The notes: generated from the sequence alone by a model not told the origin. A stretch of 64,000 nt of DNA from Candidatus Moraniibacteriota bacterium (GCA_038208115.1 JBBQZC010000003.1:2984-66983); one strand, 5' to 3'; positions 1 to 11,165 are shown, counted from the first letter of the stretch. Numbers and translations are program-made.

Positions 1-1
1 C

Positions 2-724
2 TCTCTCCTATGTGAAGTGCTACACTGCACGCACACAATCGGCAAAACAGAAAATGAATGGCGTGATATACGGTACAATTTTTTTGAAAAAATAAAAGTA
101 AAACACCATGCTCATAAAATTGCTATTGCACATAACAAAAATGATCAAGTAGAAACTTTTTTACTACATCTATTGCGTGGTAGTGGCTTAGGAGGTCTAG
201 TTGGCATGCGATATGTCTCAAAAAACGATGTAGTCAGACCCTTATTGTCTATCGAACGATCACAAATTTTACAATATTGCTCCGATCATAATATTTCTTA
301 TCGAATTGATCAATCTAATAAAGAGTCAATTCATACACGCAATAAAATTCGTAATCAGTTATTACCATATTTAGAAAAAAACTATAATCCACAGATTGTT
401 ACAACCTTATCTCACACTGCAGAAATAGTTGCTGAAGATATGCATGCTCTAAACAATCACATCAGCAAATATTGGAACATTTCTCCCAATAATGAAATTT
501 CTTTTTCATCTAAAGTTTTTTGCGATAAAAATGTCTCTGCGCAAAGACATTCACTATTACAAATGATTGAGATAATAACTGGTCATACAAAAGATATTGA
601 GAGAGGCATGATTGATGAATTACGAAAATTGATCAAAAGCCAGAAGAATAAAAATCAGGCATTTCACGGGAAAGACTTGAAAATGCTAAGAAAAGGTGAT
701 AGAGTAGTACTTACTTGTGTGTAA
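2..724 (+). CDS. tilS: tRNA(Ile)-lysidine synthetase TilS, C-terminal part (5' partial; gene starts upstream of the window)
   Basis: ORF translation has a TilS-like central/C-terminal region (HKIAIAHNKNDQVETFLLHLLRGSGLGGLVGM) and no PP-loop, which would lie upstream. Confidence 0.55.
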   Translation, partial: SLLCEVLHCTHTIGKTENEWRDIRYNFFEKIKVKHHAHKIAIAHNKNDQVETFLLHLLRGSGLGGLVGMRYVSKNDVVRPLLSIERSQILQYCSDHNISYRIDQSNKESIHTRNKIRNQLLPYLEKNYNPQIVTTLSHTAEIVAEDMHALNNHISKYWNISPNNEISFSSKVFCDKNVSAQRHSLLQMIEIITGHTKDIERGMIDELRKLIKSQKNKNQAFHGKDLKMLRKGDRVVLTCV

Positions 725-2647
725 ATGAATTGGACGATTTTTCCACAAAATTACAACAAGAAATTTATTATTTATAACACACTCTGTATGGAAAAAATAT
801 TCAAAAACTCTTCTCTTATTATCATGATTTTGATTATTGTTGTCATGTTTATTTTACTCTCAACAGGATCAAAAGATTCCGTTGAACAAATTTCTATCAC
901 ACAGCTTTCTCAAGAAATCAATGAAGGCAAAGTCAAGCAAATCACTGTAACAGCAGATGCTAAAATCACAATTGATCTAATAGATGGAAAAAAACAAGCC
1001 ACAAACAAGGAGGCTGACGCCAGTCTAACCGATACACTCCGAAATTTTGGTGTGGACGAAGGAAAACTTTCCTCAGTGCCAATTACGATTGAGACGAGAT
1101 CTGGCTTTGCTTTGTGGTCAGCTATTTTGATCCCATCAGTGCTTCCCATATTGATTATTGGGGTGCTTATATTTTATATGATGAAACAGGCAATGCGTGG
1201 CAATAATCAAGCCATGATGTTCGGCACATCACGTGCACGCATGATCGACCCAAAGGATAAAAAAAATCGTACAGGATTTAAAGATGTAGCTGGCAATAAA
1301 GAAGCTAAAGATGAACTTATTGAGATTGTTGATTTTCTCAAAGAACCTAAAAAATTTCAGAGTCTCGGTGCAAAAATTCCAAAAGGTGTCTTACTATTAG
1401 GAAGACCAGGCACTGGCAAAACTCTCCTTGCTCGTGCTGTAGCTGGTGAAGCTGGTGTACCATTTTTTTCCATCAGTGGATCAGAATTTGTAGAAATGTT
1501 TGTTGGTGTGGGTGCATCACGAGTACGCGATCTATTCAAGCAAGCCAAAAAACACTCCCCATCTATTGTATTTATTGACGAAATTGACGCAGTAGGTCGT
1601 CAGCGTGGTACAGGGCTCGGCGGAGGCCATGATGAACGAGAACAAACATTGAATCAGATATTGGTAGAAATGGATGGTTTTGATAACCAAACAAATGTCA
1701 TTGTCGTCGCCGCAACAAACAGACCAGATGTACTTGACCCTGCTCTATTACGCCCGGGTCGATTTGACCGACGCGTAACTGTTGATTTGCCCGATATTGA
1801 AGATCGAAAAGCCATCCTCGGGATACACGCAAAAGATAAAAAGATCTCTACCGATGTAGATCTCGAACGCATTGCGCAGAGAACTCCTGGATTTTCTGGA
1901 GCTGACCTGATGAATCTCATGAATGAAGGTGCTCTACTCGCTGGACGACGCAACAAAAAAGCTGTATATATGATCGACATCATAGACTCTATCGAAAAAG
2001 TATTATTAGGACCAGCTCATCGTAATAATCGCATGGATGAAAAAGAAAAAAGGATTATTGCCTATCATGAGGCTGGCCACGCAATCATTGGAGCAAGCTT
2101 GGAGAACACTGATCCTGTGCACAAAGTTTCAATAATTTCACGTGGAAATGCTGGTGGATACACATTAGCTGTACCAGATAAAGATAAAAGTCTGCACAGT
2201 CGTGCATATTTTCTCGATGAACTTTCAGTTTTTCTGGGAGGTTATGTAGCTGAAGAACTCATATTTGGAGATGTGACTACAGGACCTTCAAGTGACTTGA
2301 AGCGAGCAACAAAAATGGCGCGCAATATCGTAACCAAATATGGCATGAGTGAATTAGGTGTTCGCACATTTGGTAAAAATGAGGATATGGTATTTTTAGG
2401 ACGAGATGTTTCTGAAGAAAAAGAATATTCAGATAAAACTGCACAGGAAATTGATCATGTAGTATCAAAGCTTCTTGCTACTGCACAAAAACGAACGCAT
2501 GCAATATTAGTAGAAAAACGATCGATTCTGGATATAATTGCGCAAAGATTGCTCGTCGCAGAAACGATTGAAAAAGAGGAATTTGACGAAATCATGTCTG
2601 GCAAAGTAACTTTCACAGAAAAAGTCGTTGACGAAACTCAAAAATAA
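725..2647 (+). CDS. ftsH: ATP-dependent zinc metalloprotease FtsH
   Basis: Two TM segments, AAA+ Walker A GRPGTGKT, Walker [13 protein letters not shown], and the HEAGHA zinc motif. An alternative start at M22 (nt 788) fits a short FtsH N-terminus better. Confidence 0.95.
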   Translation: MNWTIFPQNYNKKFIIYNTLCMEKIFKNSSLIIMILIIVVMFILLSTGSKDSVEQISITQLSQEINEGKVKQITVTADAKITIDLIDGKKQATNKEADASLTDTLRNFGVDEGKLSSVPITIETRSGFALWSAILIPSVLPILIIGVLIFYMMKQAMRGNNQAMMFGTSRARMIDPKDKKNRTGFKDVAGNKEAKDELIEIVDFLKEPKKFQSLGAKIPKGVLLLGRPGTGKTLLARAVAGEAGVPFFSISGSEFVEMFVGVGASRVRDLFKQAKKHSPSIVFIDEIDAVGRQRGTGLGGGHDEREQTLNQILVEMDGFDNQTNVIVVAATNRPDVLDPALLRPGRFDRRVTVDLPDIEDRKAILGIHAKDKKISTDVDLERIAQRTPGFSGADLMNLMNEGALLAGRRNKKAVYMIDIIDSIEKVLLGPAHRNNRMDEKEKRIIAYHEAGHAIIGASLENTDPVHKVSIISRGNAGGYTLAVPDKDKSLHSRAYFLDELSVFLGGYVAEELIFGDVTTGPSSDLKRATKMARNIVTKYGMSELGVRTFGKNEDMVFLGRDVSEEKEYSDKTAQEIDHVVSKLLATAQKRTHAILVEKRSILDIIAQRLLVAETIEKEEFDEIMSGKVTFTEKVVDETQK

Positions 2648-2694
2648 TACTACTGTAGATATTGTGAATCAATAACGAAGTTTCACAATACTAT

Positions 2695-2768
2695 GGACGA
2701 CTAGCTCAGCTGGTTAGAGCGTCTGCTCGACATGCAGAAGGTCACAAGTTCGAATCTTGTGTCGTCCA
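2695..2768 (+). tRNA. tRNA-Val (anticodon GAC)
   Basis: Hand-folded cloverleaf: acceptor GGACGAC/GTCGTCC, D-loop AGCTGGTTAGAGC, T-loop TTCGAAT, anticodon loop TCGACAT. Confidence 0.7.
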
Positions 2769-2904
2769 CACAAAAACCAATTAGTACACATAACTATTTT
2801 TAAAGACATCTATCATTGATGTCTTTAAAAATTTCTGATATCATTTTCATATTGCAAAAGAATTTCTACTACACGCATTTTAACTACTTAATTTTTTTAA
2901 ATCT

Positions 2905-4203
2905 ATGACACCCACAAATCAAAAGTTATCAACAGAGCCCTACCGAGGAACACGAGATTTTTATCCTGAAGATATGAGTCTGCAAAATTATATTTTTTCA
3001 ACAATGAAGACAGTTGTTGAACGTTATGGATATATTGAATACACAGCATCTTTGCTGGAGGAAACTGCTATGTATCGCGCAAAATCTGGATCAGAGATTG
3101 TGAATCAACAGACATATTCTTTCATCGATCGTGGTGGAAGGGATGTGACAATACGACCTGAAATGACACCTACGGTAGCTCGCATGATCGCGCGCAAGAG
3201 AAAAGAATTGCCATTACCGCTTCGCTGGTTTTCTATACCAAATCTTTTTCGTTATGAAAGGCCTCAGCGAGGGAGATTGCGAGAGCACTGGCAACTTAAC
3301 GTTGATATTTTTGGTATTAATAGTCTCGAAGCGGATGCTGAAATTATTTCAGTTGCCTATGATATTATGAAGTCATTTGGCGCACGTGATGAGAATTTTA
3401 ACATTCGTATCAATAGCAGAAAGTTGATCAACTATTTATTCAATGAGTATTTTACACTCTCAGAAGAAAATAGTTATCAACTCATTAAACTTATAGATCA
3501 TAAAAATAAGATGGAATCCAAAGAATTTATTTTACAAGTGGAAAGCATCTTATGTGAAAAATCACATGAATTTATGGATTTTCTCACGTGCACTGATATT
3601 ACTCAACTTCCTGATAGTTTTGCACAGTACGAAGGTGCGCAAGACTTAAAAAATATCTTTGACATTCTCAGTAAAAAGGGTATTTTAAACTGCGTTTTCG
3701 ATCCATCACTGATGCGTGGGTTCGATTATTATACAGGGACAGTTTTTGAAGTATTTGACACTAATCCCGTAAATAGTCGCTCACTTTTTGGCGGAGGTCG
3801 ATATGATGATCTTGTTGCAATTTTTGATGCTGAAAAAGTACCCGGGGTAGGCTTTGGCATGGGCGACGTTACCATACATAATTATATCGATACTTACAAT
3901 TTATTACCGCAATATAAGTCAACGACTAAATTATATATTTGCATTCTCGATAACGAATATATATCACTTGCAAATGAACTATCAAGTCATCTACGTGCAA
4001 ACAAAGTAAATGTTGCCGTTGACTATAGTAATAGAAAATTATCTTCACAAATTAAAACTGCCGAAAAACAGAAAATTCCTTTCATAGTTTGCATAGGTCA
4101 AGATGAATCACAAACTAAAATTTTCAAAATAAAGGATATAGAAAAACGAACCGAGAAAATTGTGCATTGGAATGAACTAGCAAAAGTTCTCATGGAATGT
4201 TGA
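2905..4203 (+). CDS. hisS: histidyl-tRNA synthetase
   Basis: Class II aaRS motifs typical of HisRS: RGTRDFYPED, IRPEMTPTVAR, FRYERPQRGR, GGGRYD, plus a C-terminal anticodon-binding domain. Confidence 0.85.
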   Translation: MTPTNQKLSTEPYRGTRDFYPEDMSLQNYIFSTMKTVVERYGYIEYTASLLEETAMYRAKSGSEIVNQQTYSFIDRGGRDVTIRPEMTPTVARMIARKRKELPLPLRWFSIPNLFRYERPQRGRLREHWQLNVDIFGINSLEADAEIISVAYDIMKSFGARDENFNIRINSRKLINYLFNEYFTLSEENSYQLIKLIDHKNKMESKEFILQVESILCEKSHEFMDFLTCTDITQLPDSFAQYEGAQDLKNIFDILSKKGILNCVFDPSLMRGFDYYTGTVFEVFDTNPVNSRSLFGGGRYDDLVAIFDAEKVPGVGFGMGDVTIHNYIDTYNLLPQYKSTTKLYICILDNEYISLANELSSHLRANKVNVAVDYSNRKLSSQIKTAEKQKIPFIVCIGQDESQTKIFKIKDIEKRTEKIVHWNELAKVLMEC

Positions 4204-4311
4204 GAATAAATTTTTCGCAAACATTAATTTATCAAAAAACACGCAATATGATTGCGTGTTTTTTACACCATTATATAAAAGATTTATACAATATCTATGG
4301 AACTGAATATG

Positions 4312-5250
4312 TTAGTGCGTAGTATATTCGGACGATGGTCCACTTTTTTGATTTTCATTTTCAAGTTGTTTATTGTATTTCTTATTAAACGCATCTTTAT
4401 TCTTTTTTGATGAATTTTGTGCTTCTGACATGCCATTATTGATGACTTTTGTAATGAGTGAAACGGCAAATGATTGTATAAGTGATGAAAAAGCACCAGA
4501 ATCACCGTTTGCAAGAGCTTCTAACGGAAGCGTGATTTGTTGTAACTGAATTGCTTCGACAACAGATGAAGGTAATTTAATATTTCCATCTTCATCAATG
4601 TCAGGCAATGTGCCTGAGCTAGTCGCTGTGATCATTGCCACCTGCTTTTCTGCTTCATACTTTAATGAAGTTGCTCGATCAACGGCAAGTGCCATGCCTA
4701 CTGGCATATTCATTGAATTTGACGTTATCGCACCAAAACACTTAAAACTATCATCTGCAAAAAAATCATCTCCTGCAGGACAACTTTCAGCATAATCAGT
4801 AGTTAACTGATTTTTCCCTTCCCATTGATCCAAAACACCTTGTCCCGCATCTTTGAGTGCATTAGTCAAACTCCCACCACCTGATCCACTTGATGAAGAA
4901 TAATCTGACGATCCAGCACCGCGCAAAGATGTCGTCAGGAAATCTTGTCCGTAAGTAATTGCAGCATCTTGAGTATCCGATATCAAAAACTCAGTAAAAT
5001 TACCAATATTACGTGGTGATGAGCTTCCGCCGTACAGTGCGTTTTCAATAGTCGATGTCGCCTGTTTAATAGCAGCCATCTTTAAAGCTGCCCAAAGAGC
5101 CTCCTCTATTTGTGCCATTATTTCCTCCCCTAACATCTGCATGACATTTGCACTCATTGCTCCTCCCCAATAATCTGCTCTCACATAGTGAATAGGTGAT
5201 GCTGAAAGTAAACTGACAATGCAAATGGTCGCAATTACTTTTTTATACAT
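4312..5250 (-). CDS. secreted hypothetical protein with N-terminal signal peptide and Ser/Gly-rich linker
   Basis: Long ORF with a hydrophobic N-terminus (MYKKVIATICIVSLLSAS); no recognisable catalytic motif. Confidence 0.5.
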   Translation of the reverse strand: MYKKVIATICIVSLLSASPIHYVRADYWGGAMSANVMQMLGEEIMAQIEEALWAALKMAAIKQATSTIENALYGGSSSPRNIGNFTEFLISDTQDAAITYGQDFLTTSLRGAGSSDYSSSSGSGGGSLTNALKDAGQGVLDQWEGKNQLTTDYAESCPAGDDFFADDSFKCFGAITSNSMNMPVGMALAVDRATSLKYEAEKQVAMITATSSGTLPDIDEDGNIKLPSSVVEAIQLQQITLPLEALANGDSGAFSSLIQSFAVSLITKVINNGMSEAQNSSKKNKDAFNKKYNKQLENENQKSGPSSEYTTH

Positions 5251-5261
5251 AAAATGTATTT

Positions 5262-6236
5262 TTAAAAATTCATAAATGTTTCAGTCAGCTCGTATTTATC
5301 TAGTTTTTCCATAACCTTTTCTTGAAATGAGCTTGATTGTTCAATGAGCCCTTGTATTTGCGCTAATGCAGCAATCATAGGAGTTACATCTGCTGACACA
5401 TTTTTATAATTACTCGACTTATATATTTGTCCTGCATATCGTAAAAAATATATTCCTTGATTATGCAGCTCAAGCATTTCTTCTGGCACCATGACTTCGT
5501 TCATCTGTGATTCCGCAGCGACCGCATTTTGTGCCAAATCTTCGAAATATTTTATGTTACTCAAATCTGTAGAAAAACTATTCATATTTTTTAGCACCTC
5601 ACTCTGAAAACCGTCTATTGATTGCTCAAAAAACCCATCAGGAAAATTTGATATAAATATAAATGATATTGAGGTAAAATATTCAGCTGCATCTTCTTTC
5701 ATTTGAGCATCTCTCTTTTTATCAGAAAGACCGTCGTAATTTTGTTTTTTAATATTGCTGTCATCTATAGTAACTGGTTCCACTTCAACAAATGACACCT
5801 CCTCATCAACTGATTTTGAAATGACTTTTGCAAAATCTTCTGAAACGATATCTTTTTTTCCTGACTCTTCGGAGTCAGCGATATATGAGGCTACATCTGC
5901 TGCAATTTTTTGTGTCACATTCGCTGTTTGATGGTTTGTCGAAGTAATTTGAATTGGTTGTTTGGGTTTGATGATGCGATCGCCTGGTGCTGGGACAAGA
6001 GGATTATAACCACTTTCTATTTCTACACCATCGGAATATCCATCTCCGTCAGTATCCGCTCTACGCGGATCTGTTTTATAAGATTCCTCTTCCTGATTAC
6101 TGATCCCATCTCGATCATAATCTTCAAAGAGCGTCAGCTCTGTATCATCAGCAGATGCAAAATACGAAAATGTACCGACAAGAAGAGCGACAAATATAAT
6201 GAATGTAATTCGATTATACGTAAATATTTTACTCAC
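5262..6236 (-). CDS. secreted hypothetical protein with an Asp-rich calcium-binding-like (TSP3-like) motif
   Basis: Signal peptide, then DTDGDGYSDGVEIESGYNPL, which resembles thrombospondin type-3 or OmpA-type calcium-binding repeats. Confidence 0.5.
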   Translation of the reverse strand: MSKIFTYNRITFIIFVALLVGTFSYFASADDTELTLFEDYDRDGISNQEEESYKTDPRRADTDGDGYSDGVEIESGYNPLVPAPGDRIIKPKQPIQITSTNHQTANVTQKIAADVASYIADSEESGKKDIVSEDFAKVISKSVDEEVSFVEVEPVTIDDSNIKKQNYDGLSDKKRDAQMKEDAAEYFTSISFIFISNFPDGFFEQSIDGFQSEVLKNMNSFSTDLSNIKYFEDLAQNAVAAESQMNEVMVPEEMLELHNQGIYFLRYAGQIYKSSNYKNVSADVTPMIAALAQIQGLIEQSSSFQEKVMEKLDKYELTETFMNF

Positions 6237-6559
6237 AACATTGATTTTAATTTTATGATAATATTATACCACATTATGCAGTAAATTATCAATATTCTCG
6301 ATCAGTTTTTTACTTATATTATGTACATTTATTTCTTCTGTAACGTTTGTCAAATAATTATGCTCTTTAATTTGCACTAAACGTCATTTAAAAAAATATT
6401 AATGGCAATAATCACATAGCCACATAAAGTTCAACTATCTCGCCATGGATTTCATTTACTTATTCCTATCAAAATGTTTGATTTATATCGATAATTATGC
6501 TATAATGAAATCTATACGGGTGAGCAACATGATCGTAAAGATTTGTTGCTCATTTTTGT

Positions 6560-7783
6560 TTGAATACATTCATGAAAATACATCAAAAATATAGCAAAAT
6601 AGTTAAAGAAATTATCTTTGCTTACAAAAAATTCGTTACGAAAAAAAAAGTTGTTTTTTTTAGTTTAATTGCTCTACCGATTACATCTGTAAGTGCGGGC
6701 ATGTCTCTTTACGTTGATAATATTTCCTATGAATCTAAAAAACCAGTCATTGCAAATGATATTATCATTAATTTAGACGAACAACTATCCGTTCAATTTG
6801 CACAACCTGTAACAGATGTAGAACGCTACAATGCGTCTATTACTGTGTACCCAAATGAGCAACTTGCATTCTCTTGGAATGTCGATAATACGACACTCAC
6901 AATTACACCAAAATCCATTTGGAAGCCTGCTACACAATATTCATTTACTTTTCCTGCTGATTCATATAAATCAGTCTCGGAGCTTTCATATATTTACTCT
7001 TTTGAAACAGAGCAATATCCACAAATTCTTCAAACTAATGTCAATGATGATGAACAATTTTTTTATGAGGGCGATGAAATCATCATCACATTTGACCAAA
7101 AGATTACAAATTATGATGTACAAGCAGTTGCCAGGCCATTTATTAGCTCAACACAATACACTGATGAGCAGAACAATCAGTTGCACATTTTGATCAAGGA
7201 GCGTCCGACAGAATATCAAGGACCTCATAATCTCACTGTCTTTGCAAAACACAAAGCACAGTCAACATCACACTATTTTCCTGTTGGCACCATCGGATTT
7301 ACCACACTTATGGCTTCACCAGAGACGTGGCCAAAAAAATTTGATGAACGATTGGATATTGCCAGAAAGTCAACTGCTCCAACAATTAAGACCGGCAAAT
7401 ACATTGATGTAAATCTCTCATCACAAGTGACAACTCTCTTTGAGAATGGTATATTTGTCACAAATTTTGTCAATTCTCCTGGTGCGGAAGACACTCCAAC
7501 ACCCAAAGGCAATTTTCAGATTTATAATAAAAATCCGTATGCTCTCTCAAATATGTTTCAAGTATACATGCCGTACTGGATGGCATTTACGGCAAACGGC
7601 GAATATGGGTTTCACGATCTTGTAGTATGGCCCGAAGGTCATGATCAAATGCCATCTGGAGGAAAAGAAAGCATATCAAGTATTGGTCGTGCCGTTTCAC
7701 CAGGATGTGTTAGACATGATGCTAAAAATTCCAAATTCATCTATGACTGGACAAATATCGGCACAAAAGTTGTGATTTATTAA
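6560..7783 (+). CDS. L,D-transpeptidase (YkuD-like) family protein, membrane anchored
   Basis: C-terminal YkuD catalytic region with the conserved His and the SPGCVRH Cys motif; N-terminal TM segment. Confidence 0.75.
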   Translation: MNTFMKIHQKYSKIVKEIIFAYKKFVTKKKVVFFSLIALPITSVSAGMSLYVDNISYESKKPVIANDIIINLDEQLSVQFAQPVTDVERYNASITVYPNEQLAFSWNVDNTTLTITPKSIWKPATQYSFTFPADSYKSVSELSYIYSFETEQYPQILQTNVNDDEQFFYEGDEIIITFDQKITNYDVQAVARPFISSTQYTDEQNNQLHILIKERPTEYQGPHNLTVFAKHKAQSTSHYFPVGTIGFTTLMASPETWPKKFDERLDIARKSTAPTIKTGKYIDVNLSSQVTTLFENGIFVTNFVNSPGAEDTPTPKGNFQIYNKNPYALSNMFQVYMPYWMAFTANGEYGFHDLVVWPEGHDQMPSGGKESISSIGRAVSPGCVRHDAKNSKFIYDWTNIGTKVVIY

Positions 7784-7788
7784 ATAAT

Positions 7789-7826
7789 AAAACCCCCTAT
7801 CAATATAATTGTATAGGGGGTTTTTA
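7789..7826. terminator. bidirectional rho-independent terminator between convergent genes
   Basis: AAAACCCCCTAT...ATAGGGGGTTTTTATT forms an 8-bp GC stem flanked by A and T runs on both sides. Confidence 0.7.
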
Positions 7827-8747
7827 TTATACGATTGACGCAAATGTGTCCTTAAGTATTTGCGCCGTATTTTTTAAATTTTTTTGTTCTTCATCGTTAA
7901 GTTCTATACATAAACGTCCTTCAATGCCATTGCTACCCACTACGGCAGGCATACTGAGACACACATCAGTGATATCATATGCACCCTCCATCATATGCGA
8001 CACCGGCAAAACAGATTTTTTATTGTGTATGATTGTGTAAATAAGATGTGCACACCCAGCACCGATAGCATAATATGTCGATTGCTTCCCTGCAATGATC
8101 GTATATGCAGCATTTTTAGCCTCTTCAAATATTTCTGTTTTATCGAGATCATTAAGACGGTTGCACGTGCCCAGTTGCATATTTCCGATTGCCGCTGTAC
8201 TCCACACAGGGAATTCACTATCCCCATGTTCACCCAAAATGTATGCATGGATGCTCTTTGGATCAATATCCATCTTTTGACCAATCAATTGGCGAAAGCG
8301 AGCAGAATCAAGAATTGTACCCGTACCCATAATACGATCTTTTTTATCTGGAAAAAGAGAAATCGCCACCTTCGTCAGTACATCCACTGGATTTGTCACC
8401 ATTACAAGAATCGCGTCAGGATTTTTTTCAAAGACTTTAGGAATAATACCCTTGATGATTGATGCATTTTTTTGTACGAGATCGAGACGCGTTTCTCCTG
8501 GCTTCTGTGCAGCACCACATGTAATCACAACCACATTACTATCCGTACAATCATCATATGTCCCGACTTTAACATCCGTACGTCCCACAAAAGGCACAGA
8601 GTGTTGTAAATCCAATACCTGTGCCGTTACTAATTCCTCATTGAGATCCATAAGTGCTATTTCTTCCACTATATCTTGTAAGACAAGACTATATGCTACA
8701 GTAGAACCTACCATTCCCGCTCCGATAATGGTTACTTTGTTTTTCAT
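7827..8747 (-). CDS. ldh: L-lactate dehydrogenase
   Basis: NAD-binding Rossmann motif GAGMVGS, the LDH/MDH signature VTNPVD, and GEHGDS, which is typical of L-LDH. Confidence 0.85.
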   Translation of the reverse strand: MKNKVTIIGAGMVGSTVAYSLVLQDIVEEIALMDLNEELVTAQVLDLQHSVPFVGRTDVKVGTYDDCTDSNVVVITCGAAQKPGETRLDLVQKNASIIKGIIPKVFEKNPDAILVMVTNPVDVLTKVAISLFPDKKDRIMGTGTILDSARFRQLIGQKMDIDPKSIHAYILGEHGDSEFPVWSTAAIGNMQLGTCNRLNDLDKTEIFEEAKNAAYTIIAGKQSTYYAIGAGCAHLIYTIIHNKKSVLPVSHMMEGAYDITDVCLSMPAVVGSNGIEGRLCIELNDEEQKNLKNTAQILKDTFASIV

Positions 8748-8851
8748 AAATATGTATTATTGAAATTATTTTTTTATTATACCACATTTTACATTTGAAC
8801 TTATAATTAAAAAACAATAGGATATTGATCCTATTGTTTTAGATATTCGTA

Positions 8852-9010
8852 TCATGAATTCTCCTTTAGCCAGGATTTATCCTGACGATTGTATGTTTTT
8901 TTACCAGATCGATCTCCGTGTGCGCCTCCACGATGGCGGAGAGTCTGAATTACATCAAATTGGAGACGTGGCTTGATACGGTCCATCTTCATTATCACTA
9001 TTTTTTTCAT
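8852..9010 (-). CDS. small basic hypothetical protein (52 aa), not in the supplied ORF track
   Basis: Hand-translated as MKKIVIMKMDRIKPRLQFDVIQTLRHRGGAHGDRSGKKTYNRQDKSWLKENS, preceded by a strong SD (AAGGAGA, 5 nt before ATG). Confidence 0.3.
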   Translation of the reverse strand: MKKIVIMKMDRIKPRLQFDVIQTLRHRGGAHGDRSGKKTYNRQDKSWLKENS

Positions 9011-9335
9011 CCTAATCTCCTTATTTGGATTTTATTTAAAAACCATATCAAAAAATTATTGTAGAGTGATCGTTTTTTTAGTTTTTTAATTTCTGACTGT
9101 AATTGACTGTGTTTCTGATACATCTCACAGTGATATGGTCTCGAAATATACATAATTTTCATATATGCTAAATTAATTCAGATATCTTCTTAAAAATCCA
9201 CATACCGCATGACGATATGAGAACTTTATTGAAGAGGGAATTTTTTGTAAAAACGGCATTCCCACAACGCCTAGTGCATTTTTTGAGGACGCACACAACC
9301 TCTGTTTAACGTCCATAACAGACGATGGTGGTGGC

Positions 9336-9545
9336 CTACCCATTCTTTTCCAGCCACGATTCAGCTTTATCAATCTCCTCGTACTGTTCCTCCCGGAGAG
9401 CGTCAAGCTGATCATCAATGCTGCACCCGCAACATCGATCATCATATGAACCACAAATTGGACAAGTCTCAGCTTCGTCCGCATCGTGATAAAATTCCTC
9501 TTCGCGACAGTTGTCGCAATTGCCGAACAAATCTATTTTTTTCAT
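9336..9545 (-). CDS. small acidic zinc-ribbon protein (Cys-x2-Cys ... Cys-x2-Cys)
   Basis: 69 aa with CDNC...CPIC...CCGC motifs and a strong SD (AGGTGA) upstream of ATG. Confidence 0.55.
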   Translation of the reverse strand: MKKIDLFGNCDNCREEEFYHDADEAETCPICGSYDDRCCGCSIDDQLDALREEQYEEIDKAESWLEKNG

Positions 9546-9661
9546 ATCATCACCTCATGAAAAAAATTTATTCATTAGATTATCAGTGTTTTTACACAAT
9601 GCATGGCACACCTGTTGCCTTTTATGTCGGTAATCTTTTCTTGCGTCCCGACAGTCTTGTT

Positions 9662-9740
9662 TCATCAGCTTTTTTTACGTGGGCTTACTCCACAGTGTAC
9701 GTCTGTTAAACCTTTCGGAAAGCCAGACGGAGGATTTTTC
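9662..9740. repeat. copy 1 of about 80-bp repeat family A
   Basis: Identical over about 80 nt to the copies at 11370 and 12047. Internal hairpin CGTCTG...CAGACG; preceded by a hairpin TGTCGG...CCGACA. Confidence 0.85.
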
Positions 9741-9746
9741 TCCTCA

Positions 9747-9941
9747 TTATTGGTCGAGATCACATCGAGGACACCAGTCATCGTAAAAAATATTGAACAG
9801 ATGACCGCACTCTCGACAGATTTTATCGCCTTCATGGACATATGACAAGTGATCAATCCACATCTGCGGATCATTCCGCTTGGATTGTGCCAATTTTTGA
9901 CGATAACATCGCTCAATCGCCTCACACTTTTTATTTTTCAC
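9747..9941 (-). CDS. small Cys-rich (zinc-finger-like) hypothetical protein, GTG start
   Basis: 64 aa with CEAIERC...CRECGH...CPRC; SD AGAGGTGA upstream of GTG; stop lies 6 nt before repeat copy 1. Confidence 0.5.
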   Translation of the reverse strand: MKNKKCEAIERCYRQKLAQSKRNDPQMWIDHLSYVHEGDKICRECGHLFNIFYDDWCPRCDLDQ

Positions 9942-10327
9942 AGTTCACCTCTTTATTTTTATGATTTGATTTCCCTCTAAAATATTTCTTATGCCCTATT
10001 ATCTCATTTTAAAATGAATGTGATTCAATAAAAAATATTTTAGAGAGGCAGATAATTATATACGTATAATTATCTGCAAAAAAATGACAGTGGCGGCTCG
10101 TCAGGCCCTCCAGAACTTCCCTGGGCAATTATTCCTCAGATTATAGCGTCGTGAAGATGGACGGTTGGTTTATTGATTTACTTCCTCTTTTACCAACAAA
10201 TTAGGAAGGGTCATTAGTTATTTACTTCCATTTCCGAGTGGGAAGGGGACGCTTTTGCATCATGCCCAGGATGACTGTGGCCATTCTTTTTTGACTAGAG
10301 TTTGCCCTCTCTAGAGACTGTTTAACG

Positions 10328-10756
10328 TCAATCTGTGACGGTGAGAGTCTCCAAATATGCGAGACTCCCTCGAAGCTCCTCCGTTGAGACACCTCCTGCG
10401 GACTCGTAGAGTGTGATGAGGTTTTTGAACAAATCAATCCTCATGCGAATATATTGCTGTAGCTCTTCCGGCAGATAACTTGCTACGAACGCAAGCTCTG
10501 CCTTAGTAGCCGCTACACAACGCCCTTTTACATTCGTGAAATGTGTATACTCAACATATTCATGAATGACCTGAGGCGCGCGCCATCTCATCGGAACATC
10601 CTCAGAAATAAACAGCATACCTTCAAAAAATCCCAGGAAACCTGGTAATGAAGGTTGTAAATCGCGAGATACGACGCTGTACTCGATCTTCTGACCCAAG
10701 TACAGTATCTCTTCCACAGAAATGGTTTTTCTCTCGATGACTTCTCTGATATTCAT
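10328..10756 (-). CDS. hypothetical protein (142 aa) in the GC-rich island
   Basis: ORF with a strong SD (GGGAGGATGTAATG) and GC-rich codon usage unlike the flanking genome; no confident domain. Confidence 0.5.
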   Translation of the reverse strand: MNIREVIERKTISVEEILYLGQKIEYSVVSRDLQPSLPGFLGFFEGMLFISEDVPMRWRAPQVIHEYVEYTHFTNVKGRCVAATKAELAFVASYLPEELQQYIRMRIDLFKNLITLYESAGGVSTEELRGSLAYLETLTVTD

Positions 10757-10847
10757 TACATCCTCCCAGTTGATTTTGAATAAAGAACATAATTTTCCTC
10801 TAACAACTCACAACATATATTTATGAGATCTTAGAGAAAAGTGAGGC

Positions 10848-11015
10848 ACTACGGTTCAGCGCTCTCACTTACCACTTCTTTTCCCTGTGGCTCGGGATTG
10901 CGTTTACTGAGGGCATCGCGGAAAGCGGCGCCAACAGAAACGGTAATTGGCTTACTCGTCCGGCGGGTACGCTGGCGGAGCTCCCTAACCGGAATATGTC
11001 CAATGATTTTGGCCA
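10848..11015 (-). CDS. small basic protein (55 aa), possibly DNA-binding or antitoxin-like; not in the ORF track
   Basis: Hand-translated as MAKIIGHIPVRELRQRTRRTSKPITVSVGAAFRDALSKRNPEPQGKEVVSESAEP, with SD GGAGGTGAGTTATGG. Confidence 0.35.
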
Positions 11016-11081
11016 TAACTCACCTCCTGTGAGATTTTTTTCACACGCACGATATGTAACGTGTGTACTTCATGACCATTA

Positions 11082-11165
11082 TCATCAGCTATTTTTACGT
11101 GGGCTTACTCCACTTTAATGTCGGTTATCTAATCAAAGCCCGACAGTTGAATTTACCCCTCCTTG
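11082..11165. repeat. diverged copy (B) of repeat family A
   Basis: Shares CATCAGCT(A/T)TTTTTACGTGGGCTTACTCCAC with the other copies. The rest differs in sequence but keeps a hairpin GTCGG...CCGAC. Confidence 0.7.

Noticed and set aside
910-2468. Short minus-strand ORFs (910-1149, 1357-1548, 1654-1983, 2277-2468)
   Set aside because: They are antisense within the well-supported ftsH gene; the same applies to antisense ORFs inside pnp, nrdD, ldh, the VirB4 ATPase and the surface-protein genes.
9662-9760. Hammerhead ribozyme, because the reverse complement of the repeat start reads CUGAUGA
   Set aside because: The flanking sequence does not give the required stem II closing pair followed by GAAA, and there is no proper stem III/cleavage-site arrangement; this is not supported.
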